64,000 nucleotides of DNA from an uncultured Phycisphaerales bacterium. GTDB taxonomy: Bacteria; Planctomycetota; Phycisphaerae; Tepidisphaerales; Tepidisphaeraceae. Below the pieces are notes generated by a model. That model worked only from the letters and a program-made list of their open reading frames with translations. It did not search any database and was not told the origin of the DNA. Shown here piece by piece: positions 19,836-30,145 of this stretch; position 1 is the first letter of the stretch, and each line of letters starts with the position of its first letter. Made by a program: the position numbers and the translations under genes. The stretch is taken from NCBI GenBank assembly GCA_963818385.1, contig CAWFRU010000004.1, positions 513,911 to 577,910 of the forward strand, written 5' to 3'.

Positions 19836-21833
19836 GTGTTTGTTGCGATCGTATTGAGGGAGAATGGCGGAATGAGAATGAGAATGATGGCGCGCGGTAA
19901 TCGGGCAGTCAGGTCAATGGTGTTTTTCGTGACGGGGTGGGCGGCAGTGGTCATTCTCTCGAGCAGTGTGCAAACGGCTCGTGGGCAGTTGCGGCTGGGG
20001 TCTACGTTTTCGGACAATATGGTGGTGCAGCGGGGGCAGGAGGTGATTGTCTGGGGGGAGGCGAAGCCGGGGGCGGGGGTTGATGTTCAATTGGGGGAGG
20101 AGAGGGGGTCGACGGTGGCGGATGCTTCGGGTCATTGGAGGATCGCGCTGAAGGGGCTGGGGGTGGGTGGGCCTTATGTGGGGAGTGTTTCGAGCGGGAG
20201 TGAAGCGATTGAGCTGAGGAATATTCTTTGCGGGGATGTGTGGCTATGTGCGGGGCAGTCGAATATGCAACTGGGGGTGGGGGAAGATGCGGAGTCGCAG
20301 GAGATGGAGAGGGAGGCGCGGGGGATGGGGGATTTGCGGCTGCTTTCGATGCCGAAGGCTGGGGCGGATGAGCCGAGCTATCGGGTGGAGGGGCATTGGG
20401 TGACTTGCGACTCGCCGGAGCTGGAGAAATTCAGCGCGGTGGGGGTGCATTTTGGGTTGGCGCTTTTGCGGGATCCGAAACTTAAGGGGGTGCCGATTGG
20501 GTTGATTGATAGCTCGTTTGGGGGGACTTCGGCGGAGGGGTGGACGCCGGTGGGGAGGTTGAAGGGTTTTTCTAAAGCCGAGTTTTCGCCTTCGATGTTT
20601 AATTTGGGGCCGGGAGCTTTATACAACGGGATGATTGCGCCGCTGGGGGCGTTGGGGCTTAGCGGAGTGGTTTGGTATCAGGGGGAGAACAATTCGGGGA
20701 AGTCGCAGTTTTATGCGGGGATCATGCATGAGTTGATTGGGGGGTGGCGGGAGCAGTTTGGGCGTGGGGATGTGCCGTTTGTTGTGGTGCAGTTGCCGGC
20801 GTTTACGGATCTTTATGCGGGGTTTCCGTTTACGTGGGTGAGGGAGGCGCAGAGCAAAGTTGTGAATGAGAATCCGGACTGTGGGCTGGTGGTTTCGATC
20901 GATACGACGAATGGGTTTAATTTGCATCCGCGGGAGAAGGGGGAGATTGGGAGGCGGGCGGCGCTGCAGGCGCGGCGGCTGGCGTATCACGAGGATGTGG
21001 TGGCGGATGGGCCTACGTTTAAGAGCGCGGTGCGCGAGGGGGATGGGATGCGGGTTGCGTTTGATACGCATGATGGGGAGCTGGTGGCGCGCGGGGGTGG
21101 GAAACAGGTGACGGGGTTTGGGGTGGCGGGTGGGGATGGGGTTTTTCATTTTGCGGAAGGGACGATCGAGGGGGAGGATGCGGTGGTGGTGAGGTGTGAG
21201 GATGTGAAGGAGCCGCGGTTTGTGAGGTATGCGTGGGGGGCGGTGCCGGTGTGTGATCTTTATAATTCGGCGGGGCTGCCGGCGGGGCCGTTTCGGACGG
21301 ATGATTTTGCGCCGACGGTGGGGATTGAGATTAAGCCAGTGATTGGGTCGCGGCGGGTGGGGACGGATTTGTATGATGTGGTTATTTCCGGAAATGGGGA
21401 TTTGTTGAGCTTGGGGGTCGATAAAGAGCAGTTTGTTTCTAATGATCTGGATGGGTTTGGGGCGGGGAATTTTCCGACTTTTTTTGGGCCGCGACAGTTG
21501 CAGAACGTGGTGGAGAAGACGGGGAGTTCGATTTGTTTCAGCGATTTGGGGGTTAGGGAGACGTATTCGTTTTCGGCGGATTCGATGACTGTGAGGATTG
21601 AGGATTTGTCTGTAAATCCGAAGGATCGGGTGGGGTTTCATTTGAAATTGGCGCGGGGGGTGAAAGTTGTGAGGGAGGGGGATGGGGTTGATCTGGTGCG
21701 CGGGGGTTCTCGGGTGAGGGTGATGGGGGCGGATGGGGTTCAGGCGGATCCTTCGGGGGGTGGGGATGTGGAGGTGAATGTTGATGGGGGTGGTTCGCGG
21801 ACGGTGGTGTTTGGGTTTGGGAAAACGGGGTAG
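19836..21833 (+). CDS. sialate O-acetylesterase (SGNH/DUF303 family) with C-terminal extension
   Basis: Signal peptide, DVWLCAGQSNM catalytic block, GVVWYQGENN, and LHPREKGEIGRR. Intact 665-aa ORF; the true start is likely one of the internal Met codons near 19872..19920. Confidence 0.8.
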   Translation: MFVAIVLRENGGMRMRMMARGNRAVRSMVFFVTGWAAVVILSSSVQTARGQLRLGSTFSDNMVVQRGQEVIVWGEAKPGAGVDVQLGEERGSTVADASGHWRIALKGLGVGGPYVGSVSSGSEAIELRNILCGDVWLCAGQSNMQLGVGEDAESQEMEREARGMGDLRLLSMPKAGADEPSYRVEGHWVTCDSPELEKFSAVGVHFGLALLRDPKLKGVPIGLIDSSFGGTSAEGWTPVGRLKGFSKAEFSPSMFNLGPGALYNGMIAPLGALGLSGVVWYQGENNSGKSQFYAGIMHELIGGWREQFGRGDVPFVVVQLPAFTDLYAGFPFTWVREAQSKVVNENPDCGLVVSIDTTNGFNLHPREKGEIGRRAALQARRLAYHEDVVADGPTFKSAVREGDGMRVAFDTHDGELVARGGGKQVTGFGVAGGDGVFHFAEGTIEGEDAVVVRCEDVKEPRFVRYAWGAVPVCDLYNSAGLPAGPFRTDDFAPTVGIEIKPVIGSRRVGTDLYDVVISGNGDLLSLGVDKEQFVSNDLDGFGAGNFPTFFGPRQLQNVVEKTGSSICFSDLGVRETYSFSADSMTVRIEDLSVNPKDRVGFHLKLARGVKVVREGDGVDLVRGGSRVRVMGADGVQADPSGGGDVEVNVDGGGSRTVVFGFGKTG

Positions 21834-21910
21834 CTGGACTTGCTTTGCGGTGCGAGCCCCCCACTTGTCATTTACTGCACTTGTTGGAGCGAACGGCTTG
21901 ATTCATATCG

Positions 21911-22043
21911 AAGAGAGAATGAAGAGTATTTTCGGTTATGGTTTGTGTGACGAGAAGATTTGTTGGCTCGAATATAAAACGCGGTTCCGCCGCGATGGCA
22001 CATGGCTGGCCTGGTGACGTTCGGGCGGCCTTGGGGTGTTGGG
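21911..22043 (+). repeat. R130 repeat copy A (about 130-nt conserved element, candidate ncRNA or MITE)
   Basis: Aligns along its length with 36961..37088 and 52167..52296. Shared core: TTTTATCGGTTRTGGTTTGTGTGACGAG-[variable 12 nt]-CTCGAATAT...CACATGGCTGGCCKGGTGACGTTCGGG...GGTGTTGG. Confidence 0.8.
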
Positions 22044-22247
22044 CTGGAAAGCGCCTTGCGGTTCGACACAGCTCACCGAAATCAAGCACGGCGGCTACAC
22101 GGGGAGAGGTTGGGGAGGGCGGCAGGGCGCTGAGGAGTTTTGAGCGCAGGCGGGAAAGCGCTTCCCTTCGGGCGCGGGTAAACAATTGCGGAATCCCGCG
22201 GGTGCAAGCACCCGGCGGCTTTGATAACGGAAGGCAGGGGCGGGGGG

Positions 22248-23635
22248 TTAGGCGGATTCTTTGCGGCGCTCGGGTTTTAGGTCGAAGAGGCTTTGGCGGC
22301 CTTCTACGATGTCTTCCGTGATGAGGTACTTGCCCCCCTGCTCCTGGTCGGGGAGGCGGTACATGAGGTCCATCATGATTTCTTCGACTACGGCGCGGAG
22401 GCGCCGGCGCCGGTGTCGCGTTTTAGGGCGCGTTCGGCGATTAATTCCAGGGCGCCGGGGGTGAAATCTAACTCACTGCCTTCTATGCGGAAGAATTTCT
22501 GGAACTGTTTGACCAGGGCGTTTTTGGGCTCGGTCAGGATGTTGATCAGGGTCTTGATGTCTAGTGGGTCCAGCGTGGCGGCGACGGGGAGACGGCCTAC
22601 GAATTCTGGGATCATGCCGAACTCGACTAAGTCCTCGGGCTGGACCTGGGCGAGGATGCGGGCGCGGTCGCGGGAGGTTTCTGCCGGGGAGGTTTCGGAG
22701 TTGAAACCGATTTGGCGCTTGCCGAGGCGTTTGCGGATGATGTCTTCGAGTCCGACGAAGGTGCCGCCGCAGATGAAGAGGATCTGGGACGTGTCCATCT
22801 GGATGTATTGCTGCTCGGGGTGCTTGCGGCCGCCTTGCGGGGGGATGTTGGCGATGGTGCCTTCCAGCATCTTTAGTAGCGCTTGCTGGACACCTTCGCC
22901 GGAGACGTCGCGGGTGATGGAGACGTTGTTCTGGGTTTTGCCGATCTTGTCGATTTCGTCGATGTAGACGATTCCGCGCTGGGCGGATTCGAGGTCGTAG
23001 TCGGCGTTTTGAAGAAGCTTGAGGAGAATGTTTTCTACGTCTTCACCAACGTAGCCGGCCTCGGTGAGGGTGGTGGCGTCGCCGATGGCGAAGGGGACAT
23101 TCAAGATTCGCGCCAGGGTTTTGGCGAGAAGGGTTTTGCCGGAGCCTGTGGGTCCGATGAGAAGGACGTTGCTCTTGTCGATTTCGACATCGGCGACCGT
23201 GGGAGTCACCGGGGCGACGGAGTCGGGGGAGGCGGCACTCGCGCTGGCGGTGGAGTCGGAAGTTGTGAGGCGTTTGTAGTGGTTGTGAACGGCGACGGCG
23301 AGGGCTTTTTTGGCGTGGGGTTGGCCGACGACGTATTGGTCCAGGAATTCCTTGACTTGGCGCGGGGAGGGGATGGAACTGAAAAGGGGCTGGGAGGCGG
23401 AGAGCTTTCGTTTTTCCTGGCGGATGATGTTGTGGGCGAGGTCGACGCAGTTGGCGCAGATGTAGACCTCGCTGGGACCTTCGACCATGGGGCCGACGTC
23501 GCGGGAGGACTTGCCGCAGAAGGAGCAGGTGGTGATCCTGCGGCCGCGGAACCCGGTTTGGTTGTTGGGATTGTTGCCTGGAGGGGGAAGATTTCCGGGG
23601 GGGCCGCCGTTGCCGGTGCGATTCGTGGTTGCCAT
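22248..23635 (-). CDS. clpX: ATP-dependent Clp protease ATP-binding subunit ClpX, one frameshift near 22390
   Basis: Zinc ribbon CSFCGK..YICANC, Walker [24 protein letters not shown], and GRKHPEQQ. After ..RDTGA the family C-terminus R(G)[17 protein letters not shown]... continues in the -1 frame to TAA at 22248. Confidence 0.9.
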
Positions 23636-23887
23636 CGACTTTCGATCCTTCGGGGCCGATGAGCGGCCCGGTCAATACATTATTGAGCGCCAAACGTCAG
23701 TAAGAGCAAAACTTAACGTCAAGTTAAGTATCGAACATTCATGGGTGGAGACTTGACCTCCAATCCACGAGGGACAGGCAATCTTACAGCGGGAATATGG
23801 GAAAGGGAAAAGGCAAAATGTGGGCCTTGGAAAAGAATTTTTGGGGTGCGGTTTTGGGGGAATGGAGTGAGAGATTATTGGTAGATG

Positions 23888-23921
23888 GATTGCCGATTGC
23901 CGATTGCCAATTGCCGAATGG
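23888..23921 (+). repeat. octamer tandem array (gattgccg-type) feeding into hairpin A2
   Basis: gattgccgattgccgattgccaattgccgaatgg, with 8-nt periodicity. Confidence 0.85.
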
Positions 23922-23935
23922 AATACGGGGGAATT

Positions 23936-23957
23936 CCGCCGGTGGGGACACCGGCGG
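23936..23957 (+). repeat. hairpin repeat family A, copy A2
   Basis: ccgccggtg-ggga-caccggcgg (9-bp stem) with conserved flanks attc...cact. Identical cores at 19624, 34140 and 52339. Confidence 0.9.
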
Positions 23958-23962
23958 CACTA

Positions 23963-24241
23963 TTACTGGTTATGGGGCGGTTTGGGGGGGGCGGGTGGGG
24001 ATTGGAGAGAGGAGACGATTTTTTGTTTGGCTTTTTGGAATTCTTCGTCGGTGAGTTTTCCGGAGCGGTGTAGGTCGCGGAGGTCGCCGATGGTGAAACC
24101 GAGGGAGGGGGGAGCGGAGTCATCCACGCCCCAGATGCGTTTGCGTAGCCAGTAGACGGCGTAGAAGCCGGCTAGGACGAAAATCAAGAGGAAGAAGCAG
24201 GCTAGGAAGATGTCGAGGGGGTCGGTGTCGGCGAGGGGCAT
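23963..24241 (-). CDS. small membrane protein with SHOCT-like C-terminal domain
   Basis: One TM helix (IFLACFFLLIFVLAGFYAVYWL), then GFTIGDLRDLHRSGKLTDEEFQKAKQKI, the SHOCT pattern. Confidence 0.5.
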   Translation of the reverse strand: MPLADTDPLDIFLACFFLLIFVLAGFYAVYWLRKRIWGVDDSAPPSLGFTIGDLRDLHRSGKLTDEEFQKAKQKIVSSLQSPPAPPKPPHNQ

Positions 24242-24295
24242 GCTTGGGGGACTTTATGTGCGCGTCTTGGGGGGGTCAATGTGGAGAGGTGGGAG

Positions 24296-24343
24296 GGTGA
24301 CTTGGTGACTAGGTGACTAGGTGACAAGGTGACAAGGTGACCA
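24296..24343 (+). repeat. nonamer tandem array (ggtgacWWg)
   Basis: ggtgacttg gtgactag gtgactag gtgacaag gtgacaag gtgacc. The same unit recurs at 28571..28636. Confidence 0.85.
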
Positions 24344-24357
24344 GATGCGAAAGTTGG

Positions 24358-25986
24358 TTAGGGGGTGGGGGTGGGGATTAGTTCGTAGATTTTTCCGGTT
24401 CCTGTGGGGGTGGTTAGTTGGGAGTGTTTGAATTCGGCTTGTCCGAAGTCGAGGATAAAGAGGTTGCCGTCGGGGGAGAATTTTACGTCGATGGGGCGTT
24501 CTAGGGCGTGGGAGGTTGAGCCGGGGACTTTGCTGGCGGGGCCGGCCTGGGTGTTGAAGACGAAGTCGGAGACTTTGCCGTGCTGGTTGGGGTCTACGAG
24601 GACGACGCGGTAGCCGGGGAGGGGATTGGGGATGGGTCGGCCACTGGTGGAGAAGGGAGCGGAGTCGCCCCAGAGGGCGACGAGGAGCTGGCCCTCGTAG
24701 CGGGGGATGTGGAAGGGTCCGGATTCGGGGATCCAAGCCATTTTGGAGACGCCGGACTGCCAGGGGAATTGGGAGAGGAGGTCTTGGGCGGGCGGGGGTT
24801 GGAGCTTGCTGGTTTCGTGATCGACGACGAAGCGAACGTCGGGGTAGCCGGTGGGGAGAACCATCCATGGAGGGGGTTGGTATTTGGGGAGATAGATGGG
24901 GTCGAAGGTGCTGGAGTAGTCGGGGAAGCCGAACCAGGTGCCGGGGAAGGTCCAGCGGTAGAGGGCGTCGGGATCGTTGTCGATGGGCCGGGTGCCGCGG
25001 AGTTCCATGCCGCGGTTTGTGACGTAGATGTTGCCGTAGTCGTCGAGGGAAAGGCCGACGGGATCGCGTAGGCCGTGGGCTTCGACGCGTTCGTCGCCAC
25101 CGTCGAGGGCGACGCTCATGACGGCGCCGGTGGGTTTTTGGAGGGGGAAATCGGCGGCGGGAACTTGTTCGATGTCGCTGATGCCGAGGGGCTGGAAGGG
25201 AACCGTCACGAGTGTGCCGGGGGAGAAGAGGGAGGCCTGGGGGTTGGGGACGTCGAAACGGAAGCCGAGGAGGAAGAGGGGGACGTAGGGGATGTCGCAG
25301 GCCTGGGGATGTTCGCGAGTCCAGCCTGCTTCCCAGTTGTCGAGACCGACGACGCCGGAGTTGGTGGCGGCGCCGACGCCGAAGTAGAGGCGTGGGTCTG
25401 GGGAGGAGGAAGGGATGGCGACGTCGGTGACGCCGAAATCTCCCTGGGCGGGGAGATTGGCGATGATGGTCTGGTGGTTGCCGTTGTTGTCGAAGGCGGT
25501 GATGGCGCCCATGTCGTTGTAATCGCGGTGGGAGACGTAGAGTTTTCCGTGGTAGGCGGCCATGCCACCGATGGGGCCGTAGATGTGATAGCCGACGGAG
25601 GAGACGAGGGGGATGGGGATGCGGGTGCCGACGGGGTAGATGTCGACGCGAGCGCCGTCGGATTTGCGGATATAGAAGATGCGCGGATCGCGGCCATCGA
25701 GGCCACCTTCGGCGACGAACATGTTTCCGGCGTCGTCGAAGCACATTGCAGTTGGGCTGGTGAGGCCGGTCATGACTTCCTGGAGCTGGAAGTTTTCGGG
25801 GTACTCGACGAGTCGGCGGTCGATGGGGGTGCGGGTGGAGGAGGGGTAGTAGGTGGGACCTGTGGTGCAGGCGGTGGCTAGCAACAGGGAGAGGAGGAGA
25901 ATGCGCCGCGTAAACGCGGCCGCTAAACGGGGGAGCCCGGCGGCTACACGGGAAGAGTCGGCGGGAATAACGCGAACTACGGTCAC
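24358..25986 (-). CDS. beta-propeller lipoprotein, glucose/sorbosone-dehydrogenase-like fold
   Basis: Lipobox LLLATAC, GLTSPTAMCFDDAGNMFVAEGG, and a C-terminal RPIDVKFSPDGNLFILDFG. The first 25 or so codons are translated from two repeat elements, so the start is uncertain. Confidence 0.55.
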   Translation of the reverse strand: MTVVRVIPADSSRVAAGLPRLAAAFTRRILLLSLLLATACTTGPTYYPSSTRTPIDRRLVEYPENFQLQEVMTGLTSPTAMCFDDAGNMFVAEGGLDGRDPRIFYIRKSDGARVDIYPVGTRIPIPLVSSVGYHIYGPIGGMAAYHGKLYVSHRDYNDMGAITAFDNNGNHQTIIANLPAQGDFGVTDVAIPSSSPDPRLYFGVGAATNSGVVGLDNWEAGWTREHPQACDIPYVPLFLLGFRFDVPNPQASLFSPGTLVTVPFQPLGISDIEQVPAADFPLQKPTGAVMSVALDGGDERVEAHGLRDPVGLSLDDYGNIYVTNRGMELRGTRPIDNDPDALYRWTFPGTWFGFPDYSSTFDPIYLPKYQPPPWMVLPTGYPDVRFVVDHETSKLQPPPAQDLLSQFPWQSGVSKMAWIPESGPFHIPRYEGQLLVALWGDSAPFSTSGRPIPNPLPGYRVVLVDPNQHGKVSDFVFNTQAGPASKVPGSTSHALERPIDVKFSPDGNLFILDFGQAEFKHSQLTTPTGTGKIYELIPTPTP

Positions 25987-26051
25987 TGGGTGATATGTAT
26001 AACTCAGTGTGGGGGCGGTGTCACTGTGATTGGGTGGGTCCGATAAATCCG

Positions 26052-27041
<990 letters not shown>

Positions 27042-27057
27042 TCAAGAGTTGATGGGG

Positions 27058-27143
<86 letters not shown>

Positions 27144-27167
27144 TTTTGGCCTAACATTGTCCGCCCT

Positions 27168-28568
27168 ATGACCCAGACTGTTGTTACCCGAGGTTCCGCG
27201 GAAATCTCTCTCGAGCGGGAGAGCAATTGGGGGCTTTTTGGGCAGTTGTTCGCGCTGGCGGGACCGGTTTGGGTTGAGCAAGTTTTGCACATGCTGGTGG
27301 GGCTTAACGATACGTATCTGGCGAATCATCTTCCTTCGCATGCGGCGGATGCGGGGGCGGCGGTGGGGACGGTTACGTATTTTTTGTGGCTGATTGGGCT
27401 TTTGGTTTCTTCGATAGGGACGGGGAGCACGGCGCTGATCGCGCGGGCGAAGGGGGCGCGGCATCGGTCGCTAAGTAACCGGGTGACGGGACAGTCGGTG
27501 TCGGCGGCGATTATTTTGGGGGTGGTTTGTGGGGTGATGTTATCCATCGGGGGACGGCCGATTATTGAGGCGACGCAGTTGCAGGGGATGGGGAAGGGGT
27601 TTGCGCTGGAGTATCTGAGGATGCTGAGCGCGGCGCTGCCGTTTACAATGGTGATGTTTATCGCGGGGGCTTGCCGGCGCGGGGGTGGGGATACGCTGAC
27701 GCCGGCGATTGTGATGGTGATTGTGGACGTCGTGAATATGGTTTGCAGTTTTGCGCTGACGCGGGGGTGGTGGGGGTTGCCGGTGATGGGATTTACGGGG
27801 ATCGCGGCGGGAACCATCATCGCGTATGTGACGGGGGGTGTGCTGGAGTTCCTCGTTGTGTGGGTTGGGACTAGCGGGGCGCGGCTTTATATCCATCGGA
27901 TGTCGCCGGACTGGCTTACGATCAAGAGGCTGTTCAAGATTGGGATTCCGGCGGGGGTGGAAAATCTGCTGGCGTGGATTGCGAATTTTGCGGTGATCGC
28001 GGTGATCAACCGGATGGATCCTACGAATGCTTCTTCGGCGGCGCATATCAATACCGTCAGGCTGGAGAGCGTGAGCTTTTTGTCGGGGATCGCGTTCGCT
28101 ACGGCGGCGGCGACGATGGTGGGGATCAGTTTGGGGAGGAAGGATCCGGGGCGGGCGATGCGGAGCGCGCTGCTGGCGTATGCGGGGGGTGGAGGGGCGA
28201 TGGTTTTGTGTGGTGTCCTGATGATTACGCTGGGGAGGTATCCGGCGGAGTGGTTGTCGCCGAATGATGGGCATATCGTGGAAATGACGGCGCGGTGTTT
28301 GAGGATTACCGGTTTTATACAGGCGGGGTTTGCTTCCAGCTTGATCTTTGGAGGGGCGCTGCGGGGGGCGGGGGATACTTTCGTCGTGATGTGTTTGAAT
28401 TTGGCGAGTGTGATTGGGCTTCGGTTTACGGGGGTGATCGTGGTGGGGTTGTTTTTGAAGATGGGGCTGGAGGCGGTTTGGGTGGTGCTGGCGGGTGAGT
28501 TGTTTATTCGAGGGTGTGTGATTTTTGGGAGGTTTTGGGGTGGGGGGTGGGAGAAGATCGCGGTGTGA
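27168..28568 (+). CDS. MATE-family efflux transporter
   Basis: 466-aa intact ORF with about 12 predicted TM segments. The N-terminus ..LFALAGPVWVEQVLHMLVGLNDTYLANHL and the internal duplication are typical of MATE/NorM. Confidence 0.85.
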   Translation: MTQTVVTRGSAEISLERESNWGLFGQLFALAGPVWVEQVLHMLVGLNDTYLANHLPSHAADAGAAVGTVTYFLWLIGLLVSSIGTGSTALIARAKGARHRSLSNRVTGQSVSAAIILGVVCGVMLSIGGRPIIEATQLQGMGKGFALEYLRMLSAALPFTMVMFIAGACRRGGGDTLTPAIVMVIVDVVNMVCSFALTRGWWGLPVMGFTGIAAGTIIAYVTGGVLEFLVVWVGTSGARLYIHRMSPDWLTIKRLFKIGIPAGVENLLAWIANFAVIAVINRMDPTNASSAAHINTVRLESVSFLSGIAFATAAATMVGISLGRKDPGRAMRSALLAYAGGGGAMVLCGVLMITLGRYPAEWLSPNDGHIVEMTARCLRITGFIQAGFASSLIFGGALRGAGDTFVVMCLNLASVIGLRFTGVIVVGLFLKMGLEAVWVVLAGELFIRGCVIFGRFWGGGWEKIAV

Positions 28569-28570
28569 AG

Positions 28571-28636
28571 AGTGACTTGGTGACAAGGTGACTAGGTGAC
28601 TAGGTGACTTGGTGACTAGGTGACTTGGTGACTTGG
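28571..28636 (+). repeat. nonamer tandem array (ggtgacWWg), about 7 units
   Basis: agtgacttggtgacaaggtgactaggtgactaggtgacttggtgactaggtgacttggtgacttgg, between the convergent MATE and SDR genes. Confidence 0.85.
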
Positions 28637-28648
28637 GGTGAAAGGGGA

Positions 28649-29431
28649 TTAGCGGGATTGGTTTAGTTTTTTGGCGACCGCGGCAGTCATTTGGCGCGGG
28701 AGGAGGCGGGTGGAGAAGGCGGAGAGTTTGTTTAGGGGGCCGGGGATGGAGGTGCGACGGCCTTTCATCATGGCGTGATAGCCGATGCGGGCGGCGGTCA
28801 TGGAAGGCATTACCTTGGATTTGAAGAGGAGGGAGTGGGAGATGCCGGCGCGGGATTGGAATTCGGTTTTTGTGGGGCCGGGGCAGAGGGCGGTGACGGT
28901 GATGCCGGTTCCGGCCAGCTCGGAGGAGAGGGCTTCGGAGAAGGAGAGGACGTAGGCTTTGGTGGCGTAGTAGACGGACATAAGGGGGCCGGGGAGGAAG
29001 GCGGCTAGGGAGGCGACGTTGAGGATTTTTCCGCTGTTGCGGGCGAGCATGTGGGGGAGGAAGAGGCGGGTGAGGTGGGTTAGGGTGGTGATGTTTAGTT
29101 GGAGCATGGAGAGAGTTGTCTGGATGTCGGAGTCGGCAAAGGGGCCGTGGGAGCCGAAGCCCGCGTTGTTGATCAGGAAGTCGATGGGTTGGGATTGGAG
29201 TTGGTCGAAGATTTTTTGGGGGGATGTGGGGTCGGAGAGGTCCTGGGAGATGATTTGGACTTCGATTTTATGTTGGTGTTTTAGAGTGGCGGCGAGTTTT
29301 TCGAGAGCGGGTTGGGTGCGGGAGATTAGGATTAGGTTGTGGTGGTCTTGGGCGAAGAGGTAGGCGAGGTCGCGGCCGATGCCTGTGGAGGCGCCGGTGA
29401 TTAGGGCGGTTTTTTTTGGGGTGGGGGTCAT
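28649..29431 (-). CDS. SDR-family oxidoreductase
   Basis: ALITGASTGIGRDLA, NNAG, and YYATKAY (YxxxK). Intact 260 aa. Confidence 0.88.
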   Translation of the reverse strand: MTPTPKKTALITGASTGIGRDLAYLFAQDHHNLILISRTQPALEKLAATLKHQHKIEVQIISQDLSDPTSPQKIFDQLQSQPIDFLINNAGFGSHGPFADSDIQTTLSMLQLNITTLTHLTRLFLPHMLARNSGKILNVASLAAFLPGPLMSVYYATKAYVLSFSEALSSELAGTGITVTALCPGPTKTEFQSRAGISHSLLFKSKVMPSMTAARIGYHAMMKGRRTSIPGPLNKLSAFSTRLLPRQMTAAVAKKLNQSR

Positions 29432-29443
29432 TTTTGGAGGGGA

Positions 29444-29465
29444 CCTGCCGACTGAAGTCGGCAGG
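29444..29465 (+). repeat. hairpin repeat family D (RAYT-associated REP), copy D1
   Basis: cctgccgac-tgaa-gtcggcagg, 75 nt downstream of the RAYT stop. Confidence 0.9.
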
Positions 29466-29539
29466 CCGGGTGGTGGCGCGCCGGGTGGGGGAAGTTGCGT
29501 GGGGTTGTCCTTACTGTGTCGTGTTTGGTTTCGGTGGGT

Positions 29540-30103
29540 TTAATTTGCTTTTTCATAACGCTTATAGGGGACATGTCGTAAAAATACTTGGCGTTGTTGG
29601 GCGAATCGGAGGCCATCGCGAAGGGCGATGCGGATTTTGGTGTCGGAATAGATTCGGTAGTCGAGGCATAGGCCGGCGCGGACGGATTGGAATAGGGTGT
29701 AGCGGTAGGCGCGGCAATATTGGGATTCGTCGCGGAGGCAGCCGTCGAAATAGTCTTCCCAGAAAGGGAGAATCCGGTTCGGGAGAAGGTCGTTTACGAG
29801 CTTTGCGACTGAGCCGTGGATTTTGCGGATCATGGGGGCGAGGTCTGGTGCGCGGGGGAGGTAGCCTATTACGTGATAGTGGTTGTTCATCAGGGTGCAG
29901 ATCCAGAGATCGAAATGATGTTGGGCGGCGTATTTTTCCAGTTGGCGCCAGAAGATGGCTTTGGCTTGGGGGGAGGAGAAAGCGGGGTGGCGATCGGTGC
30001 AGCGGGTAGTGATGAAATAGAGGGTGTTGTCGCGGTACCAGTGCTCTTTGCGATGTTGGTTTTCGTGGAATTCTTTTTGGGTGGAGGAGCCTTTTTTGAA
30101 CAT
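29540..30103 (-). CDS. REP-associated tyrosine transposase (IS200-like Y1 HUH family, RAYT)
   Basis: LYFITTRCTDRHPAF (beta1), LMNNHYHVIGY (the HUH motif as H-Y-H), WEDYFDGCLRDE and AYRYTLFQSVRAGL (catalytic Tyr region). 187 aa, flanked by REPs. Confidence 0.75.
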   Translation of the reverse strand: MFKKGSSTQKEFHENQHRKEHWYRDNTLYFITTRCTDRHPAFSSPQAKAIFWRQLEKYAAQHHFDLWICTLMNNHYHVIGYLPRAPDLAPMIRKIHGSVAKLVNDLLPNRILPFWEDYFDGCLRDESQYCRAYRYTLFQSVRAGLCLDYRIYSDTKIRIALRDGLRFAQQRQVFLRHVPYKRYEKAN

Positions 30104-30123
30104 AAAAAAAACCTGCGGAAAGA

Positions 30124-30145
30124 CCTGCCGACTGAAGTCGGCAGG
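30124..30145 (+). repeat. hairpin repeat family D, copy D2
   Basis: Identical to D1 and sits 20 nt upstream of the RAYT ATG. On the minus strand the hairpin is followed by a T8 run (30104..30111), so it could also act as the fbaB terminator. Confidence 0.9.

Noticed and set aside
21778-22017. A small ORF across R130 copy A (..MKSIFGYGLCDEKICWLEYKTRFRRDGTWLAW), with a similar ORF in copy C.
   Set aside because: Copy B has an indel that destroys the frame, and copy C has no ATG. The variable positions fall in a putative loop, not at synonymous sites.
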